In this document: positions 12,080-25,499 of the stretch, piece after piece
Layout: the number at the start of each line of letters is the position of its first letter
Numbering within the stretch: the first letter of the stretch is position 1
NCBI RefSeq assembly: GCF_963921235.1
Contig: NC_086117.1
Coordinates: forward strand, 41,230,001 to 41,294,000
From: Mobula hypostoma
Taxonomy: Eukaryota
Reading direction: 5' to 3'
DNA: 64,000 nucleotides
Made by a program: the position numbers and the translations under genes
Notes under the pieces: generated by a model
The model's database searches: none
What the model saw: the letters and a program-made list of their open reading frames with translations, nothing else
Told to the model about the DNA's origin: nothing

Positions 12080-12240
12080 CTGGAGATAAAAGAGACTCTA
12101 GATGCTGGATGAACTCAGCGGTTCTGGTAGGATCGGTGTGCTTCATGAAGAATGGATGGTAACAGATCTGGATGAAGGGCCCTCGACCAGAAACGTCAAC
12201 TGTCCCTTTCTCTCTATAGATGCTACCTGGCCCGCTGAGT
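12080..12240. repeat. Penelope-derived terminal repeat remnant with hammerhead-like core, split by the following CR1
   Basis: GATGCTGGATGAACTCAGC...CTGGATGAAGGGCCCTCGACCAGAAACGTC...ATAGATGCTACCTGGCCCGCTGAGT; the motif appears to resume (TTCC...) after about 13949. Confidence 0.65.
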
Positions 12241-13949
12241 TAAATAGGTTTTTTGCGTCTGTATTTATTAAGGAAGCTGGCATGAAATCTATGGAATTGA
12301 GGGAATCAAGTAGTGAGACCATGGAAACTGTACAGATTGAAAAGGAGGAGGTGCTTGCTGTCTTGAGGAAAATTAAAGTGAATAAATCCCCGGGACCTGA
12401 CAGAGTGTTCCCTCGGACCTTGAAGGAGACTAGTGTTGAAATTGCGGGGGGCCCTGGCAGAAATATTTAAAATGTCGCTGTCTACAGGTGAGGTGCCGGA
12501 GGATTGGAGAGTGGCTTATGTTGTTCCGTTGATTAAAAAAGGATCGAAAAGTAATCCGGGAAATTATAGGCCGGTGAGTTTAACGTCAGTAGTAGGTAAA
12601 TTATTGGAGGGAGTACGAAGAGACAGAATCTACAAGCATTTGGATAGACAGGGGCTTATTAGGGAGAGTCAACATGGCTTTGTGCGTGGTAGGTCATGTT
12701 TGACCAATCTGTTGGAGTTTTTCCGAGGAGGTTACCAGGAAAATGGATGAAGGGAAGGCAGTGGATATTGTCTACATGGACTTCAGTAAGGCCTTTGACA
12801 AGGTCCCGCATGGGAGGTTAGTTAGGAAAATTCAGTCGCTAGGTATACATGGAGAGGTGGTAAATTGGATCAGATATTGGCTCGATGGAAGAAGCCAGAG
12901 AGTGGTGGTAGAGAATTGCTTCTCTGAGTGGAGGCCTGTGACTAGTGGTGTGCCGCAGGGATCAGTGCTGGGTCCATTGTTATTTGTCATCTATATCAAT
13001 GATCTGGATGATAATGTGGTAAATTGGATCAGCAAGTTTGCTGATGATACAAAGATTGGAGGTGTAGTAGACAGTGAGGAAGGTTTTCAGAGCCTGCAGA
13101 GGGACTTGGACCAGCTGGAAAAATGGGCTGAAAAATGGCAGATGGAGTTTAATACTGACAAGTGTGAGGTATTGCACGTTGGAAGGACAAACCAACATAG
13201 AACATACAGGGTTAATGGTAAGGCACTGAGGAGTGCAGTGGAACAGAGGGATCTGGGAATATAGATACAAAATTCCCTAAAAGTGTCGTCACAGGTAGAT
13301 AGGGTCGTAAAGAGAGCTTTTGGTACATTGGCCTTTATTAATCGAAGTATTGAGAGCTGGAATGTTATGATGAGGTTGTATAAAGCATTGGTGAGGCCAA
13401 ATCTGGAGTATTGTGTTCAGTTTTGGTCACCAAATTACAGGAAGGATATAAATAAGGTTGAAAGAGTGCAGAGAAGGTTTACAAGGATGTTGCCAGGACT
13501 TGAGAAACTCAGTTACAGAGAAAGGTTGAATAGGTTAGGACTTTATTCCCTGGAGCCTAGAAGAATGAGGGGAGATTTGATAGAGATATATAAAATTATG
13601 ATGGGTATAGATAGAGTGAATGCAAGCAGGCTTTTTCCACTGAGGCAAGGGGAGAAAAAAACCAGAGGACATGGGTTAAGGGTGAGGGGGGAAAAGTTTA
13701 AAGGGAACATTAGGGGGGGCTTCTTCACACAGAGAGTGGTGGGAGTATGGAATGAGCTGCCAGACGAGGTGGTAAATGCGGGTTCTTTTGTAACATTTAA
13801 GAATAAATTGGACAGCTACATGGATGGGAGGTGTATGTAGGGATATGGTCCGTGTGCAGGTCAGTGGGACTAGGCAGAAAATGGTTCGGCACAGCCAAGA
13901 AGGGCCAAAGAGCCTGTTTCTGTGCTGTAGTTTCTATGGTTCTATGGTT
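12241..13949 (+). mobile_element. 5'-truncated young CR1 (second subfamily) in the MRPL41 intron
   Basis: ORFs 12433-12750, 12743-13264 and 13283-13840 with YMDFSKAFDKV, GVPQGSVLGP, FADD. Tail TTCTATGGTTCTATGGTT. Confidence 0.92.
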
Positions 13950-14583
13950 CCTGTCGCAGTGTCCTTTTGCCCGTAAAATTACTGCTGTATTAAATTTGTA
14001 TATGAATCAGAAACCAGCCATTTGATCTGTAGTGAAGGGAAAGTACAGAAAGTGTTGGAAATCGTGAAGCTTTGATGTTTTATTGGTTGTGAGGTCACTT
14101 GAGTTTGAAGCCGGAAACTTAGCAGGCTGTTAGATTGCATCCTAATGGTCAGCTCCTTATTAAACGTGTGGCCCAAGTACGACTTGGCAATCTAGGGAAC
14201 ACTTTAAACATAGGACTAAACTAAGAAGATTTTATCACCTGGATGACAGCCATTCCCGAGGAGTATTTGCTGGCCTCTTTTTTTCCTAGGCCCTCTCGTC
14301 TTAGCTAAACGTTCCTCGACACCCTCCTGACCATCAGCATTATTTCCCATGCATGGTCAGGGTTTTGACCTGAAATATGGGCAAATCTTTACTCCCCACC
14401 GCATCTCTACAAATGTTGTTCGACCCCCTCTGAGTTCTGCCATCAGGTTGTGTGTTACTGCAGTTATTTATCAGTTGGCTGGATCCCTGGCGGTTTTCTT
14501 TATATCTTATGTATACTTGCCCTTGTAGCAGAGGCTATGTTTGTCCAGCAGGTTGTGACACTAACCACTTCACTCCCCTCTGG

Positions 14584-14642
14584 AATGGCTGTCATCCAGG
14601 TGATAGAATCATAAAATGGCTGTCATCCAGGTGATAGAATCA
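14584..14642 (+). repeat. Tandem duplication (28-bp identical unit, period 31), also present inverted at 14228-14256
   Basis: AATGGCTGTCATCCAGGTGATAGAATCA at 14584 and 14615. Confidence 0.9.
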
Positions 14643-16156
14643 AAAGAGCCTCCCTCTGATTGTGAGACTGTAATACTTCTCTGCTTCCCAGCCAAGGGAA
14701 TCATCCTCCCCAGATTCCCTGTCAGTCTACTTGAATGCAGGAAACACAGGCTAAGTCTACTCAATCTCTCCTAATACAGCAAACATGCATTCAGGAACCA
14801 ATCTTCAATCTTTGTTGCACCCTCTCTGTGGCAAGTAAATCTTTTTTTTTAAGTTAAGGAGTTTAAAAGAGTTTTTTATTGACCATTTTCCAATTCTATG
14901 TCCTTTAATCTTGTTGATCTTGAGATCTAATCAAAAGTCACCATATCCCATCTTATCGATTTTACTAGTCACATCATTAAAAGATTTTTAATATATTAGT
15001 TGAAGATGGTTTCCTTTTCATAAATCAAATGATGATAGCTCAATGCTATTCTTCATTTCTAGAAGTTCTGTTACATATTTCATTGGAGATTCTCAAATTT
15101 TCCGTTGAATTGTTGTTAGCTGAAACTGAACATTCCTGGACTGTTTTGTTGACTTGTGATTTGGTGTTTTGTTTTATTTTCTGTGTTTTTCACACTTTTT
15201 TTGTCATTTGTATGATGTGGTTTTTCTATATGTTGGGGGTTTGGTGGTTTTATTTGTTTCATGGCTGTTGTGGTTAGACAAATCTCAGGGTTGTATACCG
15301 TATACATACTTTGGTAATAAATGTACTTTGAATCTTTAACTAATAGGTATTTTATTTTTCTTTCCCTCTCACAAATAGTAGGAATCTTGTTCAAGTGATT
15401 GTTTCAAATTTTTGATCTGACTTCTAAAGTTCCTAACACTTTCCTGTTTGTTTTTTTGTTTCCTTCAGATTTATACACACCAGTGAAATCCTTGCCCAGG
15501 TACCACTGTTCCAATGAAAGCAACCCCAGCCTATCCATTATTTCCTCTTGCTAAAATTTTCAGTCCTCGTAACAACTTCTTAATACAATCTCCTTTGTAA
15601 CCACATTTTGCATAACAATACAACTATTTATAACTTGCCCCTAATTATCTGAATATCCTTCATGAGCTGTTATGGTTCCTCTGTTTTGTTGGGAATTACA
15701 CATTTTTGATGCAGTGATAGCGTAGGAAAGTGTGGTAAATTTTCAAGTTGGGGTGAGATCTTGTAAGAGAACAGCAGGTGGCAATGTTTCCATGTTAAAT
15801 CCACAACAAGAGGCAATGCATCTTTTGTGAAGTGGAGATTTTATATTTAAGAATCTTAAAAATGGTGATTGGTTTTCTTGCATGAGTTATCAGAAAATAT
15901 TTCTGTAGCTGCCCAAAGTTGTACCGAATTCCTCAGGGAAAAAAAAGTTTCAGTTCTGTAATCATTGCAATCTGTTTTGAAATGTAATCCATCTTTCTTG
16001 GTGAGCAACATGCACAATTCCTTTAGGGAAACTGGAAAATGTTCTTTGAACTGACAATAAAATATGCTACTCTTGGGAAATGTTTGTGAAAGATTATATC
16101 TTTAAATATACAACATGCCTAACAACTTTATTCATCTATGTTAGGTATAATTAATC

Positions 16157-16564
16157 ATGGGTTTACTATCAAATCTGGCTCGGGGTTTGGTGCGTGGAGC
16201 TGATCGGACTGCAGAACTCACAAGCAAACGTGGACCCAGAAGTTTCTACAGATCCCGGGGAACCAAGCCAACAGGATTTATAACATCCAGCAAAAAGTTT
16301 GTAAAGATACGACAAATGGTACCAGAGTTGATGGTTCCTAATTTGGAAGGTTTCAATCTAAAACCATACGTGTCTTACAAAGCACCAACGGGAACAGAGC
16401 AACCCTTGACGGCCAAAAAGCTCTTCATGGAAACTGCTGCTGTACAAATAGAGAAAGATTTTCAGGCGGGTACCTTTGACCAGAACAATCTAGAAAAATA
16501 TGGCTTTGAACCATCACAAGAGGGCAAGCTGTTCCAGCTGTTTCCAAAAAATTACGTACGGTAA
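16157..16564 (+). CDS. MRPL41: 39S mitochondrial ribosomal protein L41 (mL41), single coding exon
   Basis: [17 protein letters not shown]...TSKRGPR...LKPYVSY...[24 protein letters not shown], 135 aa, clear mL41 signature. Acceptor TTAG| at 16144. Confidence 0.97.
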   Translation: MGLLSNLARGLVRGADRTAELTSKRGPRSFYRSRGTKPTGFITSSKKFVKIRQMVPELMVPNLEGFNLKPYVSYKAPTGTEQPLTAKKLFMETAAVQIEKDFQAGTFDQNNLEKYGFEPSQEGKLFQLFPKNYVR

Positions 16565-16617
16565 TAAGAACTGGATTTTCTGAGATTATGCCTTTTTATT
16601 CATGGACTGAATGAAGA

Positions 16618-16690
16618 AATAAATGAGAAGTGGCTACCATCAATGGTGTAATCAGTAAAGTTACATTTATGCCCTAAGTTGATGAATAAA
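16618..16690 (+). promoter_or_regulatory. MRPL41 polyadenylation signals
   Basis: AATAAA at 16618-16623 and 16685-16690; the second is followed by a U/GU-rich stretch. Confidence 0.65.
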
Positions 16691-17660
16691 TATACTTGTT
16701 GCACTGAGATGTCAACTACCTTTTGGTACCAATAATGGTAAAAACTAATCAAATTGTCTTTAATGTAATATTTTCCTATTATTACTAAAATATTAGGAAA
16801 TACAATGTAAAAAAGTTCTACCTGAACTGTAGAAGAACTAATTGTGCCTTGCACAATATTGAAGATAATTAATATAATGCAACATTTTTGTACTAAAACT
16901 TTCAGAGGAAAGATCCAATAGTAATTAAAGTTCCTGAATCTCTTTACACTCGAGTGTTCTTGTAGTATGTGTGCCTTTGTTAAAGCATAGCTTGTGAGAA
17001 TTTATTTAACAACATTGTTGTCTCACTGGTTTCCATCCAGTTGGGAAGGTAAACTAGTGATCCAAGGTATACTATTTATCAAGCAATTTCCATGTTCCCA
17101 ATTAAGTCCAGAGTTATTGTATTGCCTCTGGAGGGGCAGGCTTAAATATGAAAAATCAGTTCTCAAATGATTTTTATTAATTTAGCTAATGGTCAATTTC
17201 TATTCTGGTTCCATCCACAAATCTGAACACAAATCATAATACAAATTAATAAGATTTGTTACTGGTTATCCTAATGTTCCAAAATAATTTTGTACCTTTA
17301 TTCTAAATTAAACTCAATAGATCGTTCAAATTTTAAAGCTCTATTTCTGGATTTCAGGGTCTTTTCAACTAGCATATCTTATTTTGGGGACATGTGACTT
17401 GTGTCCTGGAACTGAATAAAAATACAACCGTTTCCCAAACAATGCTTGCTTCCTAAAATCAAATAATTCAAACTGCACCTCCCTGCTACATTCCCATTTG
17501 TTTCTGTTATCCACTGATTTACTTGTTGATTGTGAATGTATTTTCTGTCTCTACCAATAACCTTTAGCAAATCCTGCAGCCTCTAATACTTGCATGTCAA
17601 CACCACTCCTGTATTATAAAATACAGGTATTAAAATTGGCTGAATGCATCTGGCCTTTAG

Positions 17661-18290
17661 TAACACACAAAATGCTAGCGGAACTCAGCTGATCAGGCAG
17701 CATCTATGGAGGCAGGGTGTCAACATTTCTGGTCAAGACCTGTTATCAGGTCTGGAAAGAAAGGGGGAAGAAGTCAGAATAATAAAATATGGGGTGGGAA
17801 AGAAGTACAAGGTAGAAGGTGATGGGTGAAGCCAGGTGAAGTGAAAGTTAGGTGGATTGGGGATGAAATGAAAAGCTGGTAAGTGATAGGTGGAAAAGGG
17901 CTAAAGAAAGGAGGAATCTGATGGGAGAGGAGATGAAAGCATGGGGGAAAGGGAAGGAGGAGGGGCACCAGAGGGAGGTTATGGGCAGGTGAGGAGAAGT
18001 GTGAAGAGGAGAACCAGAATGTGGGATGGAAAAAAAAGGAGGGGGGGGGAGAAGAGAAAATACCAGAAATTAGAGAAGTTGATGTTTTATGCCATCAGCT
18101 TGTAGGCTACCCAGACTATAAGGTGTTGCTCCTCCAACCTGACAATGGCCTCGTCGTGGCAGTATGGACCAACAGCACAGTGAAATTAAAATAGCTGGCC
18201 ACCAGATGGAGTGAAGGTGCTTGACAAAGCGGTTCCCCAATCTACATGGGACTCACCAGCATAAAGGAAGCTAGCTGCACTGGATACAGC
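17661..18290 (-). mobile_element. Penelope-like element 3' fragment
   Basis: Terminal motif AACACACAAAATGCT...GGAACTCAGC, purine-rich spacer, GIY-YIG C-terminal remnant (ORF 18186-18446). Confidence 0.75.
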
Positions 18291-19229
18291 AGATTTTATT
18301 ACAATATCAGCTTTTCTAGCACAATTTAATAAAGCAAATGCTCTTTTTAAAAATGGATAGTACGCTGCCACACTCAGCTGAAATATAAACTCCAAACATC
18401 TTCCTTGGGTTTCTGTGAACCCTGATTTTGTTGACCTTGCTATCACTCATTTGGCTTTTAACCACAGGATTTACAATCTCTTTGATAATTCCTGTAGATA
18501 ATGTGGCTGGAAGTTGAATTTCATGGTAGGTGGCATAAATTCTAAAATTTGATCCATTCAGTATGGAGGTTGATGGGGTAGAAGGCAAGGACCAGAAAAC
18601 TCCATCCTTGTTCTGGCTGAGAGAAGAGGGCACAAGACCACAGGTACAAAAAACAGATGAGGGTTTTGTCAGCACTGATTGTAGGGGAAGCCAGCTAAGG
18701 AAAAGGGAACATGTCTGTGTGGAAAGACTCAGCAGTTCATTCTGTTGAAGCCATCTTGTACCCATAATTCTTATGCCTATTTTCCTATCAACTTTGAGTT
18801 AACGCTAAGCCCGACTGGTTATAGGGAAATTTTCAAATGATACCTATACTGATTGTTACCCAAGTTTTCCTGCATACAGGAATAGAATGCTTCACTATCT
18901 GAAGGAATTGGAGCCAAACACTATCAGTGAATATGCATTTCCCACCTCATGACAAGAGGTTATTCACTAAGCAAGACTGATGGCACTACCATAAGAAACT
19001 TCTGCATTGATCTGGCCCTGTTGTGATTACCTGCAGGGCCCATAAACAGGCCCACTGGCCTACCATCTGATCCAGTCATGAGAACGCTCGATACTAATCC
19101 CAATTTCTGACACTCAGACCATAGTGTCCAAACTCATAGTATTTCAAGAGCTCACCTTAAATACTTAAAATGTTGTGAGAATACCTGCCTCCACCAACTG
19201 CTCAGGAAGTGTGTTCCAGTGCTAATATA

Positions 19230-19670
19230 CTGGGCATTTTGAAATAAAGGAGTTGCATTGGGTCTCTTAAAGAATAGTAAGGTAGATTAGTCCTCAGGGT
19301 CTGACAGGATATACCACAGGTTATCGAGAGGCCAGAGATGAGATTGCAGGGCCCTTGAGCAATATCTTTGTGTCCTCTCCAACCACAGGCGAAGTACTAG
19401 ATGACTGGCAAGTAGCCACTGTTGTGTCCATTATTCAAGCGAAATAGAGATAATTCTGGTCACTACAGACCAATGAGGCTCATGTCAATAGTGGGAAGTT
19501 ACTGGAGAGGATTCTTAGGGATAGCATTTGAAAAATCATGGCCTAGTTAGGGTCAGTCAGCATGACTTTGTGCTGGGCAAGTTGTGTCTTACAAACTTGG
19601 TTGAGCTTTTTTTTTTAAAAAAAGGTGACAAAAGAGATTGATGAAGGTAGAGCTGTGGATGTTTACTACT
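19230..19670 (+). mobile_element. CR1 ORF2 internal fragment, degenerate
   Basis: Similar to 12380-12780 (CCTCAGGGTCTGACAGGATATAC...GATGAAGGTAGAGCTGTGGATGTT). Confidence 0.7.
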
Positions 19671-20389
19671 TTAGGTCATCTCAAAATTCAGCCTAATTCA
19701 GATCTTATTTTTATCTCCACTTTTCAAGAATTTCCCTAACATCACTTTGCTCAACATATTTTGTTGGTAGACCAAGATATGTAAATTTAAAGCATTAAAG
19801 CATATTGTAATAAAAAAGCTCATTCCTTAAGCCCAAGGTGATTTGAGTTTAATTGTATTATCCATAATACTTAGAAAACAGCCGGAATATTTAGTATTAA
19901 CTATTTTATATAAACATGTCAGAGCACTGTCTTAAACAACAGAGCTTTCATGAATTATTAGAAAAGTACTGTTGGCCAGAAATTGTAATGTATAGTTATG
20001 GATATGTCAAAAACAAGCCTGCCTTTACTATTAGTAATGAAAGTACATTTTTGCCTAGTACAATGGGAGTGTTATTCCTCACTTTACGTGACATTATATA
20101 AACCATGATGCATAAATGTTTGAGCCAACTATATTTGCTATTGTTCTGTTCGAATTCAGCCAAAGCTTCAGATCACATCCAATGTCTATCAGGTTGTTTT
20201 CTTTTAAAGATGATTGATCAGAGCATTTATTTCAAGAATATAGTTTAAACAGACAAAAAAATTCAACCTTCAAAGACGTTACATAAATGTAAATTATTTA
20301 ATCAAAGTGATATCAAAATGTTTTACAAATAACCCCTTTGAGAAACAATTATATTTTCAATACATCCCTTTTTGAGAAACAATTACTTA

Positions 20390-20545
20390 TGTAGAGGTAC
20401 AGTGTAGAACAGGTCCTTCCAGCCCAGCGAGCTGCAATGCCCAGAACCCTCATATTTAACCCTCATCTAATCACAGGATAATTTACAGTGATCAATTAAC
20501 CTAGTAATCAGAAGTCTTTGGACTGTGGGAAGAAACTGGAGCAAC
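20390..20545 (-). mobile_element. SINE 3' fragment (HE1/V-SINE-like)
   Basis: Shares blocks with 32110-32345 and 62025-62130 (GGTCCTTCCAGCCC...AATTTACAGTGATCAATTAACCTA...TTTGGACTGTGGGA). Confidence 0.55.
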
Positions 20546-21570
20546 CAGAATTATGCTTAACCTCATTATTCCCCATAATTTATCTTGGCACAGGATGCTA
20601 TGGAGCAAGGTAGGGGAACAGGAAGATAGATGTAACAAATAATTAGAGAAGAGTATTATTACAAACACCCTTTCTCTCCCCATGGGGAACACTTTCAAGA
20701 ATATTCAAGAACAAACATCAAATACTCAGCATAATTACCTTCTAGAGCATCTTTAAGATGTGTATATACATTAAAAATTTGTTGTACACGTCTGCAGACG
20801 GCAGTTGCAAAAAGATTGACAAAAATAGTTTAACTCCATACTTGAGTAAAAATAAATTTAGCCTTGCACAACTACAGTGGACTTCCTAGAAATCTAAAGC
20901 AAAAACTCCTGAGATCCAAGTCTTTAATTAATGTACGAGGTCCACAGGACCAAAAAGGTTTGCTATGAGAAGCTTCAATTGTATAGCTACTCAGCTCACC
21001 ACAAAAGTGAAGTGAAACAATTTACTAGTCACATGACGTTTTGAGACAAATTTATAAAGCACCAGATTAAGCGTCATTTCAATGCACTGTGTAAAAAAAC
21101 TGATGTGTATGAATGGGTGTATGACAAGCTTTTCACTCTACCTCAGTGCATTTGACAAAAATAATAAATAATTCCAATTTATTGCCTAAAATTCTAAATT
21201 ATCTCTTGACACCTGACTGCTGGAAGTTCTAGCAAAATGAATCCTTGGAGATAAACTGATTTAAATGACTTCTACAAATCTTTCAATTCCTTTGCCAACT
21301 CTTAATTCTGGTTTAAATTAATAAATGAATGAAGAAACATTTCTGACTAAATTCTTCATGTATTACTGATAATACTATGTTTCTTAGTGTATCTTTTTCT
21401 CCTCCCCATTTTCTCATCACACTTCTTGTTGTTGAACATTTTGAAATTAATGGTGAATACATTTCTCCTACTTTTTGCTTTACCCGAAGCAGCTACACAG
21501 CTGACATTAGGAAATCTCACTTAACACCTCTCACTATCACTTAATAATATTGAACTATCTTCATTATAAA

Positions 21571-21576
21571 TTTATT
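21571..21576 (-). promoter_or_regulatory. First candidate DPH7 poly(A) signal
   Basis: TTTATT on + (AATAAA on -), about 130 nt after the stop; further candidates near 21180 and 20226. Confidence 0.45.
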
Positions 21577-21707
21577 GCTCAATCTTGTAGTTTTTTCCTG
21601 CAGGATATTGAAAAAATGAAAATGACCAGACTATGCTCTTCTCCCTCACATTACCAAGTATGGTTTTGCTCTAGTACTTTATAAACATTACTTTTTAAAA
21701 TAGAAAA

Positions 21708-22174
21708 TTAAATGGAAGATACAATATTATTTCTTTCCCATTTCCAAACGTGCAAGACATGGTCATAGAAGGAACATGTTGCCAACAAATCACCCTTATT
21801 CTTTGTCCAGTCAATACCTGCCTTGTAATTCTGTTGCTCTGTAATGGCACAGTTCACATTTGGACTATGAGATGCACCTCCGGCCTGCAAACTGCCAGAA
21901 ACCTCAGTGCCATAATCATCCACCTCATCTTCCACCACCATATCAAATAAACCAGTGGGAGATTCATACTGAATCTTCAGGTGCCGGAATTTGATTTCTG
22001 CTTCCTTTGTTCCTTGCTTGCATTCCTTTTTCCTTTGAGTTTCAGATAAAGATGACGATACAGGGCAAGGCTTAGTGGTGGGTAGAGTATCAACAGATAG
22101 TCTTGACCAGTCTGCTCCATATGCCAATGAATTGTGCAATATATAGGAGTAAAGAATGGGGCATTTTTCTTGGC
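21708..22174 (-). CDS. DPH7: DPH7 coding exon 9 (last)
   Basis: Acceptor TTGCAG|GC; SLAYGADWS...LLATCSFYDHVLHVWKWE...stop. Confidence 0.96.
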
Positions 22175-23229
22175 CTGCAATTGAAGAAAACAATGCTTAA
22201 TTAAAATAAGTGTGCTCCACAAAATAACACATACTGAAAAACAATATCTCTATGTGATTGGCTGTTAAAAGAGGCTTCCATTACATCAAACTTGCAAATT
22301 ACTGAACCATTTGCAGTACCAATCATATCTGGGCTATTTTTAAAAGTACTAATTTTATACTTGATGTCATCATTCATTCTGAGTTCATTGACAAAAGAAG
22401 CTATCACATAAGCTCTTGATTATCAGTTACTCTTAATTCAGTCTCCAGCAACAATATTCACCATCTATGGAAATGTTATGACATTTACAAATTGGTCATT
22501 CAAATACATGTCTACAAGGCATTTACTAGAACAAACAGTTTCCTCCCCATCTGTTTCATTAAAACTTCTCAATTTTGCATTCAATAGATCTCGTCAACTA
22601 TCCATGTCATAGGAGAACAAGCCCAACATCTCCAATGTCTCCACAGATAGAGATTTTCACCCCTACAGCAATTCTAGCAAATCACCTCTGACAATTCTCC
22701 AAGACCTTACAGCATTGCTGTTCAGAATTGTACACTATGTTCCAGCAGAAATTTTAACACTATTTGTAGAGGCTTGGAATGACATTCCTGTTTTGTATTC
22801 AGTACCTTTTTCACAAAGCCAAAGTGACTATCTTATCAAAATGACTTTCAAATATGCAACTCCAGGTCTCTCTGCTGCAAATTAATACAATTTAGATCAG
22901 AAAGTTGAGAGTCTTCTGCCACATACCATGACAAATAATGATATATTAGGAGAGAAAATGGAGACCTGTCAATAAAAGCGAAAAAAGTTATCAGCCAGTC
23001 TGGCTGATTTCCCTACACTTCAGATAGACTCAGAGAAGGTGTTATGTATGCTCAAAGCATCATGTCATGAATGTATAGTCAATGTTTAAGCTTTCATTGA
23101 AGGACTAGCACCCGAGCCACACCAGAGAGCTAATGAATTGTTTTCTTAGCTTTTGCCCCATTTAGTAATATGCTGGACAGTTCCTGTTCCATTTCCAAAT
23201 TCAAAATTGTTCTTGTCTTTGCAACTGAA

Positions 23230-23600
23230 TCCTCTACTTCCACATTTGGAGACCAGTTAGTATGGATCAGTGATAACATCTCCTTTTCGCTGATACATCA
23301 ACACAGGTGCACCTCAAGGACACGTATTTAACCCACTGCTCTACTCTCTCTACACTCATGACTATGTGGCTAAACACACTCAAATGCCATTTATAAGTTC
23401 TGACTGGTTGCATCACAGCCTGGTATTGGTGCACTAATGCACAGGATGGCAAGAGACTGCAAAGGGTTGTAGACTCATTCAGCACCATCACAGGCACAAC
23501 CCTCCCCACCAGAAAAGAAATCTTCAAGAGCCAGTGACTCAAGAAAGTGGCGTCCATTGTTAAGAACCCTCACCCTCCAGACATGCCCTCTTTAATACTG
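23230..23600 (+). mobile_element. Rex1/Babar-type LINE fragment
   Basis: ATCAACACAGGTGCACCTCAAGGA...CCACTGCTCTACTCTCTCTACACTCATGAC; internally deleted. Confidence 0.7.
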
Positions 23601-25499
23601 GAACTTTTGAATGGTTAGAATATTACTACCGAAACACAGAAGCAAAATATTAAAAGGGGCTAATTTTCTTGAGTTTGTCAAAGTAAATTCTAAAATGATT
23701 AAAAGAGCATGAAGCTCACGTAATTATTTTCAATTCATATCAGACATTTGGACAACAGCAGGATACCATTGTGCAAAACAGTATTGTGGCATATAAAGCA
23801 AAGAGGACTATTAAAAGGGAAATGGCAGAACAGGAAGATGTGAATTTTCACAAGCCAGGGAATAAGTTTAACCCTTGTTATTTCATGCAACATAATCTAT
23901 AGATCACAGAATTGTTACAAACCAGATGATAAGTATTGAGTCCATCAGGTTTCTGACAGCTCCTAGCAGTTAATACCAGCCAGTTCCATTACATTTTTGA
24001 TGGATTCTATTTCCAGTACTAATTCAGAAAGCAAATTCCAAATCCTAACATGTGCTCATACTAAAACTGAAATATTCCTCAATTTTTCTTGTAGTTTTTG
24101 TTTAAAAATTTCAATTGCAATATCCACTTCCCTATTTACTTTTTCTATACAAGACAGGATCCTGTTCATCATTAAATTTCCTTTTAACATTTTGTTTTAA
24201 AAAAAAAGCACTTCAGTTCCTCCTGTCTAACCTTGTATTGAAAGCCATCACCTTCAGAACCATCCTAAAATACTCCTTCTGTTCAGCCTCAATGAGCTTC
24301 ATGCACTTTCTAAACTGTGGCAACCACAACTAAATGCAGTATCCATGTTGGGGCGCAAGCCTTGCTTTGCACAGTTTGTAACACGTTTCCCACTTCTGTA
24401 TTCCAGTCTTTGTAATTGAATCACATAATTTACTAATCATATTCTCAGAATGCCTTTCCACTTCCAAGGATTTCAACAGGTTCAATAGGTACATTTAACG
24501 TCGGAGAAATGTATACAATATACATCCTGAAATTCTTTTTCTTTGCAGACATCCATGAAAACAGAGAAGTGTCCCGAAGAATGAATGACAGCTAAAACAT
24601 TAGAACCCCAAAGCCCCCCTAGCTCCCCATCCCACACACAAGCAACAGCAAGGCAATGACCCCACCCATCCCCACCAGCAAAAAAGCATCAGAACCCCCC
24701 ACTGAGCACTCAAGCGTGAAGCAAACATCAATAAAGGCACAGACTTGCAGTACCCCAAAGACTACTCATTCACCCGGTAATTCAAAATACCACAGGCTCT
24801 CCCACTAATAAGGGAAAAAGAGGTGTACCCGTTTCACAGCGAGAGGGGAGACATAACAACTCACTGATTTAACCATGTATCTACCCGAACTTCAGTGCAC
24901 ACGACTAAAAACTGCTCGCATGCCCATACAGCAACCACATGTCTTTGGTGAGACAGACTTCAGATGTTAGAATTCGGGCCAACATACAGTCACACAACTT
25001 CTATGGAGAGAAATGAGCAGCTGACATTTTGGGTTGAGAACCTTCTTCTGAAACCTTTCTTTCTAAAGATGCTGCCTGACCCACTAAGTTCCTCCAACAG
25101 TTTGTGTGTTGGCCCTTTGTTTGTTGTGTTGTATTTTTATCCTTGTATTTATTACAATTCCAAGCTTTGTTTCATTCATAAATTTGGAAATTTTGTTCTG
25201 CTTGGCCATGCCTGCGTCATTAATATATAAAGTGGTTTCAAAATTAACTCCATGGTATCACATCTGACAACCATTCTCCAGATTGAAAAGCAACTGCTGC
25301 TATCTGCTTTTAAGATAGACTGTTCTGTTGTATATTTTACTGTACATACTACTTCTTACAAATTACTGTAATTTGCACATTGCACATTCAGGCGGAGACA
25401 TAACTCAAGGATTTTTACTCATGTATGTGAAGGATGTAAAATAAAGTCAATTCAATACTTCACTGCTCATGCAAAACGTTGTATAAATTCTATGCCACA

